Origin: Candidatus Obscuribacterales bacterium
Lineage (GTDB): Bacteria; Cyanobacteriota; Vampirovibrionia; Obscuribacterales; Obscuribacteraceae
Reading direction: 5' to 3'
Assembly (NCBI GenBank): GCA_965228855.1
Contig: CBDDIJ010000003.1
Location: forward strand, 1,088,001 to 1,152,000
DNA: 64,000 nt
Part shown: piece by piece, positions 1 to 10,290 of the stretch
Layout of the letters: each line of letters opens with the position of its first letter
Position numbering within the stretch: position 1 is the first letter of the stretch
Notes under the pieces: generated by a model
What the model was told of the DNA's origin: nothing
Seen by the model: the letters and a program-made list of their open reading frames with translations, nothing else
Databases searched by the model: none
Position numbers and translations under genes: made by a program

Positions 1-2826
1 ATATGTCTGAGCACCATTTGAGCTGACATCGCCTTCAACACTCAAGGTGCCATTGGTGGCAGTTGCGCTGAACGTTCCTGATGCTATCGAGTTGCCGCTA
101 AGCAGGGTCGAGCCGCTGTTTGAAATTTTTACGTTGCCACCGCTTATGTTGTTAAACTCAACTTTTTTATTTGATGAACCGGCTAAATTTACGTTGCCTC
201 CTGAGTTGGCGAGCGCGTAAACCAGAGTCGTGTTTGTCGGCAAGACGAACGCTGTTCCTGCCGTTCCGACCGATCCGTTCGTCTGAAGAATCAAGCTTGG
301 CGCGCTGAGCTCACCAAAGCTGGAGTTGGCAAAATTGGTCGCGCCATTTGAAGTTAGGGAAACTATTTTCGTTCCTTTCACCTGGCTGAACGTGCCGAAG
401 TTTCCAGCTTGGACGCCGATGTTTCTAGCGACGAGTGAAGTTGATGACAACGTCGCATTAGGAGCTGATATAACGATATCGCCTTTCGATACGTTTCCTC
501 CAACTAACCAGGCTCCGGAGTTTGTTGAATCGATTTTTGCAAAACCCTTTGCGCTGAATTCCAGGTGCGGACCATTTACTGTGAACGGAATGATATCCGA
601 GCCGATGTTGCCGCCGGAATTGACAGTGACCAGATTGGTAGCCTGTACGGCGATTCCGTTTAACGCCTCGAATATGTCACCACCGGCGGTGAGGGCTACT
701 GTTTGAGAACCGGAAATAGCGTTATTGACTCTAATTTTCGCGCCCGCCGTCAGGCTTACCGATGTCGGAGCCGTGATTGTTCCGAGAACTGCAATGCCGG
801 ATTTTTTATTGATCTTGTCGGCTGCAACAAGCGACGCTGCGCTTGTCTTGTTGCCGTGCTGGTCGTAGGTGACGGTTGCGCCCTCAATATCGACTACCGG
901 ATCCGCGGTTGTCATAGTGACACTGCCGCCGGAGCCGGTACCACCTGTGGTGTTGATCGTTCCCGATTGAATTGCCACCCCCAGGTTGGCGCTCGTCGAG
1001 CCGGCAATTATTTGGAGATTACCGTTCTTCCCTCCACCGTATCCACCGGTGTTGATGCTGCTCATATCAAAGTCAATAATACCTGCTGGAGTGCCGTTAG
1101 TGCCCTTACCTCCGAACGCGATAAGCTGCACGTTTCCGCCGTCTTTTGACCCTGCGGTGTTAGTTGCTCTAGAGGAGATTGCCGTGCCCGGAATCAGATT
1201 TATAGATCCTCCGGTCTTCGAAGATTTTCCGGTCAAGCGGATTGCACCAGATCCAGATGCGATTGTTCCAGGATTGAGCTGGGTCTTGCTGGTTCCGCCG
1301 GTGTTTTTAAAGTCCGCACCAGCAATCAACGTGATGTCAAAGCCTTGCGAGCTATTGCCTGCTGTTATGAGCCGGTTGGGACCGGTACTTTCGATATTTC
1401 CGGCCGCAGCAATAACTAATTTCTCGCTGACTACCACATCTCCGTTTATAAGGATGCTTCCGGTTGTGTTAAAGAAGGTTGGGTCGCCTGTTAAACAAAC
1501 TTCTCCAATATTCAATACGTCGGTGCTCGCTGTGACGTGGGCTGCGGCTCCCGACTGATTAACGCTTCCTGTGAGCTTATTGGCCACTACCCAGGTGGTT
1601 CCTTGACCTGAGTTCAAATTCAACTCTTTGCTAAGCAGATTGCCTCGGCCGATGAGGAACGTGTTGTCGCTTCCTGAGTATGAAGCGTCGCGGAGGTTTA
1701 TCGCTCCATTGAGAGCGCTCATTGAGCCGCCTCTATTGTTGATCTCGAGCGCTGACGGGTTACCGCCTGAGTAGCCAGGCGATACTACGGGTGATGCACT
1801 GAGATTGATGTTGCCGTTTGCTGATTCCAGCGAGCCCTGGTTGCGAATTGCGTTTGCGTTCAAATTCAAATCTGAAGTTGCTCTTACAGAGCCGGTGTTC
1901 GAAATGGATGTGCCTGCTGAAAGAGTAAGTGAACCTGCCGAGTTTATTAAGCCTGCGTTATTCAGATTACCGGCGGCGTAAAGTGATAGATCGACGTTCG
2001 AACTGATCGTTGCTCCTTTGAAGTTATTGATGTCGTCTGCACTAATGGCTCCAGCTCTTGCGTTTAACGCTCCTGCGTCGGCGAGCACGGTGCCAAAATT
2101 GTTCAAGTCGCCAAGCAGTTTAAACTCGGAGCGTCTCGAGAAGTCACCAATTGTGGTGACTTCCTTAGCGTTGACATACCGTGCCGCACGCATGGTATCG
2201 TCGGTTCCTGTAATTGCGTTAAGGTCTACGGAACCTCCAGCTGCTCGACCTGCCTTGTCGATCGTAAGTTTTTGCCCATCTCCTGAAAGAACCTGCTTGA
2301 CCGCAATATATTCAGCTGCAGAGACAACGCTGCCGGCGCTGACCGTCTTCACTCCATTTCCGGTCTCTATAGTGACGGACAGTTGGCTGCCGAAGAGATT
2401 TTTTCCAAGTGCGATGTTCCTGGTTGAAGATGTAAGGTCGAGGTCTAAACCCGACTTCAGTCGAACCAGATTCCCTTGCACATCGGATTGTCTCGTTTGA
2501 CCTCGAAACGGGCGACGCGCAGCCTCGATATTCATCACTGATTGGGCGGGATTGCCTGGAACGCTTTGAACTGCTCCAGCCATAGATGAATTAAAACTGT
2601 TCTGTTGAACAATGTTTCTACACTTGCCACCGTCAGTCGTGTTGCGTAGTTCTCGGAACATACTGCGGGCCGAGTGTCTGTCTAAATCAGGATTTTGCTC
2701 TTTGAAGTCTCTGAAATTTGAACCGTTGTGAGAGGCTATTGCTGGACTATTCGCAGAACCGACTAAGAGCGTGGCTGCGACTAAAACTTGCGACGTTGTT
2801 TGCCAAAAGGATTTGGAACCGTTCAT
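1..2826 (-). CDS. Large secreted filamentous-haemagglutinin-like/beta-helix exoprotein (runs off the left edge, 3' end missing)
   Basis: Not in the ORF track. I read the minus frame from ATG at 2826 (MNGSKSFWQTTSQVLVAATLLVGSANSPAIA, signal-peptide-like, AAGGT upstream) and it was stop-free in the stretches translated, down to position 1. It is G/N/S/T-rich with repeats such as NLNNAGLINSAGSLTLSAG and GNINLSA. Confidence 0.85.
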   Translation of the reverse strand, partial: MNGSKSFWQTTSQVLVAATLLVGSANSPAIASHNGSNFRDFKEQNPDLDRHSARSMFRELRNTTDGGKCRNIVQQNSFNSSMAGAVQSVPGNPAQSVMNIEAARRPFRGQTRQSDVQGNLVRLKSGLDLDLTSSTRNIALGKNLFGSQLSVTIETGNGVKTVSAGSVVSAAEYIAVKQVLSGDGQKLTIDKAGRAAGGSVDLNAITGTDDTMRAARYVNAKEVTTIGDFSRRSEFKLLGDLNNFGTVLADAGALNARAGAISADDINNFKGATISSNVDLSLYAAGNLNNAGLINSAGSLTLSAGTSISNTGSVRATSDLNLNANAIRNQGSLESANGNINLSASPVVSPGYSGGNPSALEINNRGGSMSALNGAINLRDASYSGSDNTFLIGRGNLLSKELNLNSGQGTTWVVANKLTGSVNQSGAAAHVTASTDVLNIGEVCLTGDPTFFNTTGSILINGDVVVSEKLVIAAAGNIESTGPNRLITAGNSSQGFDITLIAGADFKNTGGTSKTQLNPGTIASGSGAIRLTGKSSKTGGSINLIPGTAISSRATNTAGSKDGGNVQLIAFGGKGTNGTPAGIIDFDMSSINTGGYGGGKNGNLQIIAGSTSANLGVAIQSGTINTTGGTGSGGSVTMTTADPVVDIEGATVTYDQHGNKTSAASLVAADKINKKSGIAVLGTITAPTSVSLTAGAKIRVNNAISGSQTVALTAGGDIFEALNGIAVQATNLVTVNSGGNIGSDIIPFTVNGPHLEFSAKGFAKIDSTNSGAWLVGGNVSKGDIVISAPNATLSSTSLVARNIGVQAGNFGTFSQVKGTKIVSLTSNGATNFANSSFGELSAPSLILQTNGSVGTAGTAFVLPTNTTLVYALANSGGNVNLAGSSNKKVEFNNISGGNVKISNSGSTLLSGNSIASGTFSATATNGTLSVEGDVSSNGAQTY

Positions 2827-3394
2827 GTTGATACCTTAAAATGAGCCAATGTTCGGGGCGAAACTCCAAGAGTCCGTCGCGCACATATGTCTCGCAACAG
2901 CTTATCACGCGCTATTTTAGGCTACCTTAGCAATTGCCAAGGTGTATCGAGAGTTTAACCGTCAGATCGAACAAAACCTTCATTTACCAGCATAATTTCA
3001 GGAAAAGGGTCTCAGAGTTTTGGTTTTTTCTTCCACTTTCCAAAGTATTCTTCCACTTCGCGGTTGATTCACTGCCCACGATTCACCTTCAGCGATTGAT
3101 TTCACTTCCGTTGAATCGTTTCTGTGTTTCGTCCACGTCCCGGTATTTCCTTTCCCGGTCAGCGCCTCGATAGGACGCCTGTGATTGCGATTGCGAACGT
3201 AAGACATCAACGTACCGCTAGGATTATGACGTAACGTCCCTGACGAGGTTGTGTACCTGATACGTTCCGCACCGTGTGTGGTGCCCGCAATGAAACCAGT
3301 AACTCTGAAACCTTCCTCCTGATAATTCGGACGCTTTTTGAACTCAAACGTCCCATAGCTGTAAAACGCCTTAAGACACTGTGCAAGCGTTCGG

Positions 3395-4750
3395 CTAGAC
3401 CTGCGTGTCGTGATGTTCAGCTATCAGAGAAGATAGCTTGTCTTTGGCTTCATCCGCTTTTTCCACTTCGCCGAGGCGCTCGCGAATTCGGAGAGACCAT
3501 GAGTAATATAGTTCTGCCTGCTGATAGTTACCGGCCGCTTCCGACATTTTTCCGAGGAAGTTGATTAAGTGATCCGTTTCCGTATCAGCATTGCTGAGAA
3601 GATCTTCTCTGTTACGAATTGCTTGCAACATCAAGGATTCGCTGCTGCGGTAGTCTTCTTTAAGGTAGTGGAGTTCTGCCAGGGTAGCTAGTTGTGCAAC
3701 TGCCTCTTTGCTGTCTCTACCGTACTGGGCGATCGCTATCGCGAGACCCGCTTTGCAAACTGCCAGAGCCTCAGTAATTTTATTTGCGTTGAATAGTCTC
3801 TCTGTTTCATAACTGAGAATTTCGAGCGCGAGTGACGTTTTATCATCTTCCGGAGTGGATGTCTTTATCTCAGTTCCCGATACGGAAGTTCGGCTCAAAC
3901 ACTTGCGTAGGATTGTGCTGGAGATACCCGGATCGAGCCACTTCTTGCCATCAGCTACGGTGACAACCGCTTGTGCCAATTCGGAAAGAGAACTCGTTTT
4001 AAGATAATAACCATCTGCGCCCGCTTCGAATGCATTATTGATGTCCTCTGCTTCTTCGCGAGCCGTCACCATGATCACGCGAGTGTCCGGAAGCGTCTCC
4101 TTGATCATTCTAGTCGCGGCGACACCATCGATAACCGGCATGCCAATGTCCATGAGAACCACGCGAGGCTGGTGTTTAAGAGCGTCGGCTACAGTCGACT
4201 TGCCGTCCCCGACATCCGACACAACGAGGATACGGTGGTGAGAATTCAAACTTCTCTTAATCAATGAACGCACAAATTCGTTGTCTTCTGCAATCAGCAA
4301 TGTGATCAAATTGGTATCCTCCCCAGTATCAGCGACGGTACCGAAATCGGGACCGAAGGCAGTTTTCAGGCGCTCGATCGTTGTTTCGGCCCTCATTGCC
4401 ACATATGGATTGTCATCGTCCAGCAACATATAAAGAATGTGAGCGGGTGTATTGTGATTCTCAGCGAGAGCGAAGCGAACGTCCGGGTGCTCGTCCAACG
4501 CAAGTTCTTCCAGCATTTCTTTCGACGCAGATGGATTGTCGACAACACTCATTCGAACAGCAGTCTCGTCGTGGCGACTAAGGATTTCCAAAGTATCCAC
4601 CGGTGTGTTGACATTACCTGCAAGTGAAGAAAGCAAAACCTTGCAGCTAGAAGTAGCGGCTATGCTCCTGAGCTCTTGAACAGGCGTACTTGGGTCATTC
4701 GCCTGGAAGTATTGCAGTTTAGGTCCTGGCGACGAAGGTCCGGGAATCAT
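3395..4750 (-). CDS. Response regulator with N-terminal HEAT/LRV repeats, NarL-type receiver domain and C-terminal TPRs
   Basis: LRV-like repeats (LA.N..TP...LE.L..D....VR), receiver motifs AEDN / MDIGMP / MVT / GADGYYLK, C-terminal TPR-like helices; GGAGG RBS upstream. Confidence 0.85.
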   Translation of the reverse strand: MIPGPSSPGPKLQYFQANDPSTPVQELRSIAATSSCKVLLSSLAGNVNTPVDTLEILSRHDETAVRMSVVDNPSASKEMLEELALDEHPDVRFALAENHNTPAHILYMLLDDDNPYVAMRAETTIERLKTAFGPDFGTVADTGEDTNLITLLIAEDNEFVRSLIKRSLNSHHRILVVSDVGDGKSTVADALKHQPRVVLMDIGMPVIDGVAATRMIKETLPDTRVIMVTAREEAEDINNAFEAGADGYYLKTSSLSELAQAVVTVADGKKWLDPGISSTILRKCLSRTSVSGTEIKTSTPEDDKTSLALEILSYETERLFNANKITEALAVCKAGLAIAIAQYGRDSKEAVAQLATLAELHYLKEDYRSSESLMLQAIRNREDLLSNADTETDHLINFLGKMSEAAGNYQQAELYYSWSLRIRERLGEVEKADEAKDKLSSLIAEHHDTQV

Positions 4751-4794
4751 ATGCAGGATTCCTCCATTGAAGAGTCATTTGTAGACAGAGAATT

Positions 4795-4813
4795 CACCTG
4801 GAAGTTCCAGGTG
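4795..4813. promoter_or_regulatory. Perfect inverted repeat, possible operator upstream of the response regulator
   Basis: CACCTGGAA-G-TTCCAGGTG, 9 bp arms, about 45 bp upstream of the 4750 start. Confidence 0.3.
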
Positions 4814-5141
4814 CTTGAACAATTTTTCGGACGAAACTTCTGATTAGCGGCGCATTCCCCACAATTCTATTATTCCGCCGCTTTCCGACGATGCGGTGGG
4901 GGAAATCATATGTTTCAGTATGGGGTAGCGCATAATGTCGAAAGCTGTATATCCAGACCTGGTGCTGGTTTCGGCAAGTAGTCAATGATAGCCATAAAAA
5001 TTACCGGGAGTATAGAATTATTGAGCGGCAAGGCTTTTGCTGTGGTGGCAGTGGCGAAAATCTGTTTGAAAGATGTGGGCAAGAGCTCAAAAGTCCTGGC
5101 AGGCAACACTTTCCAACAAGGTTGTTTACCTTTTTCTGAGA

Positions 5142-5555
5142 TCAAGAAACTTCCTCTAAGTAGGATAGTAGATCCGAGAAGTCCCTCTTCAAAATCGCGT
5201 ATGCGCCGGAGATTTTTTCCCAATCGGGCTCGCTTTGCTTGGCCAGCTGTTCGACTGCCAGAGCTCTTCCCGAGCAGTCGCTGGCATATATGCTCGCGCA
5301 CATTCCTTTAATCTGGTGGGCGACGTCGATCACCGACGAAATCTGTTTTTGTTCAAAAGCAGTCTCGATGCGCGGAATTAGAACTGCACTATGGCTAATG
5401 AATGTCGAAAGAATATCTGTCCTGCCCTCTCGACCGAAAACATTGTCCAGCATTTCCAGATCAACAGGTTTTTCTTCGGTCGCCATAGTGTTACAAAATT
5501 CCCGTGGGGAGCCGGTCTTGGTCGCCGCTGGCCAGGTTATCGACGACAAATTCAT
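5142..5555 (-). CDS. Stand-alone HPt (histidine phosphotransfer) protein; start may be ATG 5486
   Basis: AHQIKGMCASIYA matches the HPt H-x-x-K-G signature; N-terminal PVDLEML helix. Confidence 0.85.
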   Translation of the reverse strand: MNLSSITWPAATKTGSPREFCNTMATEEKPVDLEMLDNVFGREGRTDILSTFISHSAVLIPRIETAFEQKQISSVIDVAHQIKGMCASIYASDCSGRALAVEQLAKQSEPDWEKISGAYAILKRDFSDLLSYLEEVS

Positions 5556-5646
5556 TTTAGAAGATTTCGAGCCAATACTCTGTAAAACGTTTTATAATTG
5601 ATGTGTCCCTGAAAGTTAGAAGAACGGGACGGCAGAAACCCGCTCA

Positions 5647-6237
5647 GTGACTAAGAAACACATTATGGAAAGCCACATTATTAAGCCCTGGTTGAAAGTC
5701 ACCTCTGAACAGATTGCCGACTGCAGAGTATTCACTGTTCACAAAAAACTCTCCAGGAAAACCACAGCGGATTCAGACAGAACGCATGACTTCTACGTCT
5801 TCGATTCCGGCGATTGGGTGAACATCATTCCTCTTACTGCAAACCGAGAAGTGCTGATGATCGAACAATTTCGCCACGGCACCGAAGGGTTTACTCTAGA
5901 AATTCCCGGCGGTAGCGTGGATCTTGATGATCCTTCTCCACGTTACGCTGCAGAACGTGAATTACTAGAGGAAACAGGTTATATCGCCGAGAAGTGGATC
6001 CCGCTTGGTCAGAGCCATCCGAATCCAGCCATCCAGGGGAATTTATGTCATACATTCCTGGCCCTTAACGTTAGGCAGATTGAAATTCCTGAGTTTGCCG
6101 GGACTGAAGAGATTGCAGTTCGCCTTCTACCGCTCGATGACGTGCCGGATTTGATCAGGCAAGGCACCATAACGCACGCACTGGTGATGGTGGCATTCTA
6201 CTGGTTGCAGTTGAACGAAGATTCGATCAGACTTTAG
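5647..6237 (+). CDS. NUDIX hydrolase (ADP-ribose pyrophosphatase-like)
   Basis: Nudix box GGSVD...AAERELLEETGY; QFRH and PNP motifs. Confidence 0.9.
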   Translation: MTKKHIMESHIIKPWLKVTSEQIADCRVFTVHKKLSRKTTADSDRTHDFYVFDSGDWVNIIPLTANREVLMIEQFRHGTEGFTLEIPGGSVDLDDPSPRYAAERELLEETGYIAEKWIPLGQSHPNPAIQGNLCHTFLALNVRQIEIPEFAGTEEIAVRLLPLDDVPDLIRQGTITHALVMVAFYWLQLNEDSIRL

Positions 6238-6273
6238 TTGCAGAGACGTTTTGTCTTCGTCTCGACTCTGTGA

Positions 6274-7605
6274 TTAGTTTACGAAGTTGAGCGGGTTATG
6301 TGGTTTGCCCTCGACCCGAACTTCGAAGTGCAAGTGCGGACCGGTTGCGAAGCCTGTCGCTCCCTCGTATCCGACAATGTCTCCCTTGGAGATGTTTTGT
6401 CCTTTGCTTACCGCAAAACTCGACATGTGTGCATAGAGAGTGGACATGTTGTTACCGTGGCTGACGATCACAACCTTACCGTAACCGCCATACCATCCGG
6501 TGAATAGAACGCAACCGCTATCCGACGCTCGGATAGGTGACCGCATCGGACCAGCAAGGTCGATGCCGGTGTGGAACTTCTTGCGTCTGAAGATAGGGTG
6601 TGTTCTCCAACCGAACGGAGATGTGACTTTTGCGCGCAGGGGCATCGCCATCGCCCCGGTCCCCTTCTGCATCGGCTTGCTCGATGCGTTGTTTTGGGAT
6701 GTTTCCATCGCCAGAATTTGTTTTTCCAGTGACTTCGATTGTATCGCCAGGTCACGTTCCGCTTGTTCGAACAGTGCTCTTTGCGACTTCAGGCGCTCAG
6801 CAACTTCTTCTTGCGAGCCGCGTAGCCGGGCGATTTCCATCGCCCTTTTTGCAATTTCGGACACGATATCGCCGAGTTTATTCTTTTCGGATGCAAGTCT
6901 GTCTTTGTTATTTTGCAGTGCTTGTTTCCGAGCTCTTAGTTGATCGATGAGCGCTTTATCAATTGCTGCTATGCGCTCCTGGTAGTACATACGGTCCAGC
7001 AGATTCTCGAGCGAATCCACCTGGAATGCCATCTCAAGAAAGCTCAGTCGATGACCCTCGTAAATTTCTCTGAGGCGCGAACCAGCGAGTTGTTCGTGAT
7101 TCATTTCGGCTGTTTGCGTTTGCGTTATCACGCTCTCAGTCTTTTGAATCTGATCGACGGTGTTATTGAGCTTCTTCTGCTTGTTCTTAAGCGTACCTTC
7201 CGTCGCGTGCAGTTGGTGCGTAATTACATTCAATTGAGCGTATGCCAGCTTTTCTTTCTGACGTGCGCTTGCAATCCTCGCGTGAATTTCAGCGCGTTTC
7301 TTATCGACGGCTTCGCGCTCGCTCTCAAGATTTGTTTTCAGGCTGGGTGAGTTTGAGGAACTGCCGCCTTTGCCACTTCCGGACACATACCAACGCGTCG
7401 AGACTCTGCCGCCGGCGGTTTTCGTAGTGATCGGTGCGCCCGGCTTCGATGTCGATACATGAGGTTTGGCCGCTCGAGATGAACGGGAAGCCCCACCCCG
7501 CCGACGACGTGCGTCGGCTGGCTGTACGCAGCTGTCGGCAGTCGCAATAGCGACTAACAGAGTTGCGACCGCAACTTTCAAACCTTTGTTGTGCAAGACA
7601 ATCAT
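6274..7605 (-). CDS. Coiled-coil M23 family peptidase (EnvC/NlpD-like murein hydrolase)
   Basis: Signal peptide, long coiled coil, and M23 motifs HTGID, YAHM and GPHLHFEV. Confidence 0.9.
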   Translation of the reverse strand: MIVLHNKGLKVAVATLLVAIATADSCVQPADARRRRGGASRSSRAAKPHVSTSKPGAPITTKTAGGRVSTRWYVSGSGKGGSSSNSPSLKTNLESEREAVDKKRAEIHARIASARQKEKLAYAQLNVITHQLHATEGTLKNKQKKLNNTVDQIQKTESVITQTQTAEMNHEQLAGSRLREIYEGHRLSFLEMAFQVDSLENLLDRMYYQERIAAIDKALIDQLRARKQALQNNKDRLASEKNKLGDIVSEIAKRAMEIARLRGSQEEVAERLKSQRALFEQAERDLAIQSKSLEKQILAMETSQNNASSKPMQKGTGAMAMPLRAKVTSPFGWRTHPIFRRKKFHTGIDLAGPMRSPIRASDSGCVLFTGWYGGYGKVVIVSHGNNMSTLYAHMSSFAVSKGQNISKGDIVGYEGATGFATGPHLHFEVRVEGKPHNPLNFVN

Positions 7606-8011
7606 GCGGTGGTGTGGGATTCCTTAGGAAGGATTTTCGAGCGAGGTCGAACCTCTTTATCGGATGGGGTCGAGCGCTGCACCTAAATGTCATGAACTCA
7701 ACTTGTCCGTCAGTTTACCATTCAACACCACAATCGAATCTGATTTCTTCTTTACGACCGCCAGTTGTAATGTGTCTAAATTAGCTGCTGTTAAACTGTT
7801 GGCGTCGATGAACCATGCGATCGTCTCCACGCCTGCAGCCATGCGTATATAAACCTTCAATACGCTTAAACAGCGGCTCTATTCAATTAGTTTAAATAAT
7901 TGATGATAAACTTAAGGACTGTTTATCGACACTGGGTTACGTTAAGTCTGACTCATGTCGAGGTCACGCCAAGCTTTCGCGTTGAGGAAACGGCGGGCTT
8001 GCATACATTAG

Positions 8012-9463
8012 GTGGCGAGAATGTTGAAAGAGATCGTGAAATATTCGTTGGATATCAAAGGAATCGATGAGCCCACTTTCAATGAAGTGAAGAGCCCATT
8101 CGATGGAGAAATCGTCGCAGCCGTCGCGCAAGCTGATGAGAAGGCAATCGACATTGCCCTGAGTACGGCGCAGAATGTTTTTGAAAATGAAATGAGTAAG
8201 ATGCCCGCGTGGAAACGCAGTGAAATTCTTGCAAAAGCTTCGGAGTTGATTAAGGAGCGTCAGGAAGAAATTGCTCAGATTATCGCCAGAGAAGGTGGAA
8301 AGCCTCTCAAAGACGCACGCCTCGAAGTCAATCGCGCCAGCAACACTTTCGCAATCGCGTCACGCGAAGCGATGAATCTAGATGGCGAACAGCTGCCGAT
8401 GGACGTTTCCGCTGGAAACGAAAAGCGAATCGGCATTATCGTCCGAGAGCCTATTGGTGTCGTCGGAGCAGTCACACCATTCAACTTCCCGTTGAACCTT
8501 GTCGCTCACAAAGTTGCACCTGCACTGGCCGGTGGCAACACTGTTGTTCTGAAACCGTCTTCTGCTACGCCGGTTGCATCGTTTAAACTCAAAGAAATTT
8601 TGAAAGACGCGGGTCTGCCGGATGGCGCGTTGATCGTTGTGCCATGCCGTGGCGCGAAGGGAAATGCTTTGATCAAAGATCCGCGCCTGGCGTGTGTCAC
8701 TTTCACAGGTAGTCCGGAAGTGGGCTGGAGACTTCGCGGCGAAGTCGCTCCGGGAACTCGCGTGATTTTAGAACTTGGTGGCAACGCCGGAATCGTCGTT
8801 CACCACGATGCCGACCTCGAAGCTGCTGCGCAAGCTGCTTGCCGCGGTGGATACGCTCACGCCGGTCAGGTTTGTATCTCGGTCCAACGCGTGTACGTTC
8901 AGGAAAAAGCTTACGACCAGTTTCTAAAACTGTTTACCGAGAAGGTAAAAGCGCTCAAGGTTGGAAACCCGCTCGACGAGCAGACCGATGTCGGACCGCT
9001 AATTGATGAAGGTTCCGCCAAACAGACCGTCGAGTGGGTTGAAACCGCCGTCAAGGAAGGCGCTAAGCTCGTATCCGGCGGCAAAGCGCTTAAGAACAAC
9101 TGCGTCGAGCCAGCCATTTTGGTCGATACCAAACCAGAAATGAAGGTTGTGTGCCAGGAAGTCTTCGGTCCGGTCGTTTCAGTCATGAAGTATGACACCA
9201 TAGATAATGCCATTAAGGCGATGAATGCCGGCCGATTCGGCTTGCAGGCCGGTGTCTTCACGCAGGACATCAACGTGGCTTTCAAGGCTGCTCGTGGTAT
9301 CGATGTTGGTGGCGTGATGGTGAACGATGCACCGATGTTCCGCGCTGACCATATGCCCTATGGTGGTCGCAAAGAATCCGGTCTGGGCCTCGAGGGCGTT
9401 AAATACGCCTTGCAAGAGATGACTCAGCCGAAATTCATCTGCCTCAATCTGAAAGACCAGTAA
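8012..9463 (+). CDS. NAD(P)-dependent aldehyde dehydrogenase
   Basis: PFNFP, FTGS, ELGGN, catalytic GQVC and EVFGP motifs. Confidence 0.95.
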   Translation: MARMLKEIVKYSLDIKGIDEPTFNEVKSPFDGEIVAAVAQADEKAIDIALSTAQNVFENEMSKMPAWKRSEILAKASELIKERQEEIAQIIAREGGKPLKDARLEVNRASNTFAIASREAMNLDGEQLPMDVSAGNEKRIGIIVREPIGVVGAVTPFNFPLNLVAHKVAPALAGGNTVVLKPSSATPVASFKLKEILKDAGLPDGALIVVPCRGAKGNALIKDPRLACVTFTGSPEVGWRLRGEVAPGTRVILELGGNAGIVVHHDADLEAAAQAACRGGYAHAGQVCISVQRVYVQEKAYDQFLKLFTEKVKALKVGNPLDEQTDVGPLIDEGSAKQTVEWVETAVKEGAKLVSGGKALKNNCVEPAILVDTKPEMKVVCQEVFGPVVSVMKYDTIDNAIKAMNAGRFGLQAGVFTQDINVAFKAARGIDVGGVMVNDAPMFRADHMPYGGRKESGLGLEGVKYALQEMTQPKFICLNLKDQ

Positions 9464-9470
9464 ATCGAAG

Positions 9471-9524
9471 TGGAACGGTTTCATTCGGCTTTATTCGTTA
9501 TAGGCTCGAATCGAAACCGTTCCA
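9471..9524 (+). terminator. Long stem-loop downstream of the aldehyde dehydrogenase (terminator or mRNA-stabilising hairpin)
   Basis: TGGAACGGTTTC (9471-9482) pairs with GAAACCGTTCCA (9513-9524), extended by ATTCG/CGAAT; the U-tract is weak. Confidence 0.5.
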
Positions 9525-9561
9525 GTTCTCAGGTCAGGCATCACATTAGAAGCGCGGTTTC

Positions 9562-10290
9562 ATGTCAAAAACAAAATACGATGTAATCAATAAGCTCAAA
9601 GGAGTTTTGATTGTCTCGTGTCAGGCTGATCGTGGTGAGCCGTTATGCAAACCTGAAATAATCGCTGCGCTCTCGCTGTCAGTCCTGAGCGGTGGGGCTT
9701 CAGCCTTGCGTCTAGAAGGGGTTGAGAACGTTTGCGCAGTGCGTGCAGTCACCGACGTTCCCATCATCGGACTTACGAAGCTTCATGATATTTCGTACGA
9801 GGAGCGCATGAACTGCGCTTTTATAACTTCGACCTTCGAGGAGGCTCATGCACTTTCCGATGCAGGAGCGGACATAATTGCCATCGACGCGACCGGAAGA
9901 CCTAGACGCGACGGGCTGTCTGTCGCTGAAACCGTGCGCCGTATTCACGAGGAACTGGGAAAACCGGTTATGGCGGATCTGGCTACATACGAAGAGGCTA
10001 AGGCGGCCGTTGAAGCCGGAGCCGACATCCTGTCGACTACATTGTTCGGATACACAAAAGAGACTCTAGCCGGTGACGAAGTGGGACCTGGCTTCGAGAT
10101 GTTGAAAAAAATCGTTGATGCTAAGCTGGATGCGCCAGTCATAATGGAAGGTCGCGTTTGGAGTACCGACGAGGCCGCAAGAGCTTTCGAACTGGGCGCC
10201 TGGGCGGTTGTTGTCGGTTCAGCAATTACGCGTCCTCATCACATAACACGAAGATTCGTCCGAGCCATTGAATCGAGAATTCAGAAATGA
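9562..10290 (+). CDS. nanE: N-acetylmannosamine-6-phosphate 2-epimerase
   Basis: LIVSCQA, PIIGLTK, IAIDAT.RPR, TTLFGYT and VVGSAITRP are NanE hallmarks. Confidence 0.92.
   Translation: MSKTKYDVINKLKGVLIVSCQADRGEPLCKPEIIAALSLSVLSGGASALRLEGVENVCAVRAVTDVPIIGLTKLHDISYEERMNCAFITSTFEEAHALSDAGADIIAIDATGRPRRDGLSVAETVRRIHEELGKPVMADLATYEEAKAAVEAGADILSTTLFGYTKETLAGDEVGPGFEMLKKIVDAKLDAPVIMEGRVWSTDEAARAFELGAWAVVVGSAITRPHHITRRFVRAIESRIQK

Noticed and set aside
326..2500. Plus-strand ORFs of 126-190 aa
   Set aside because: They are antisense shadows of the long minus-strand exoprotein gene.
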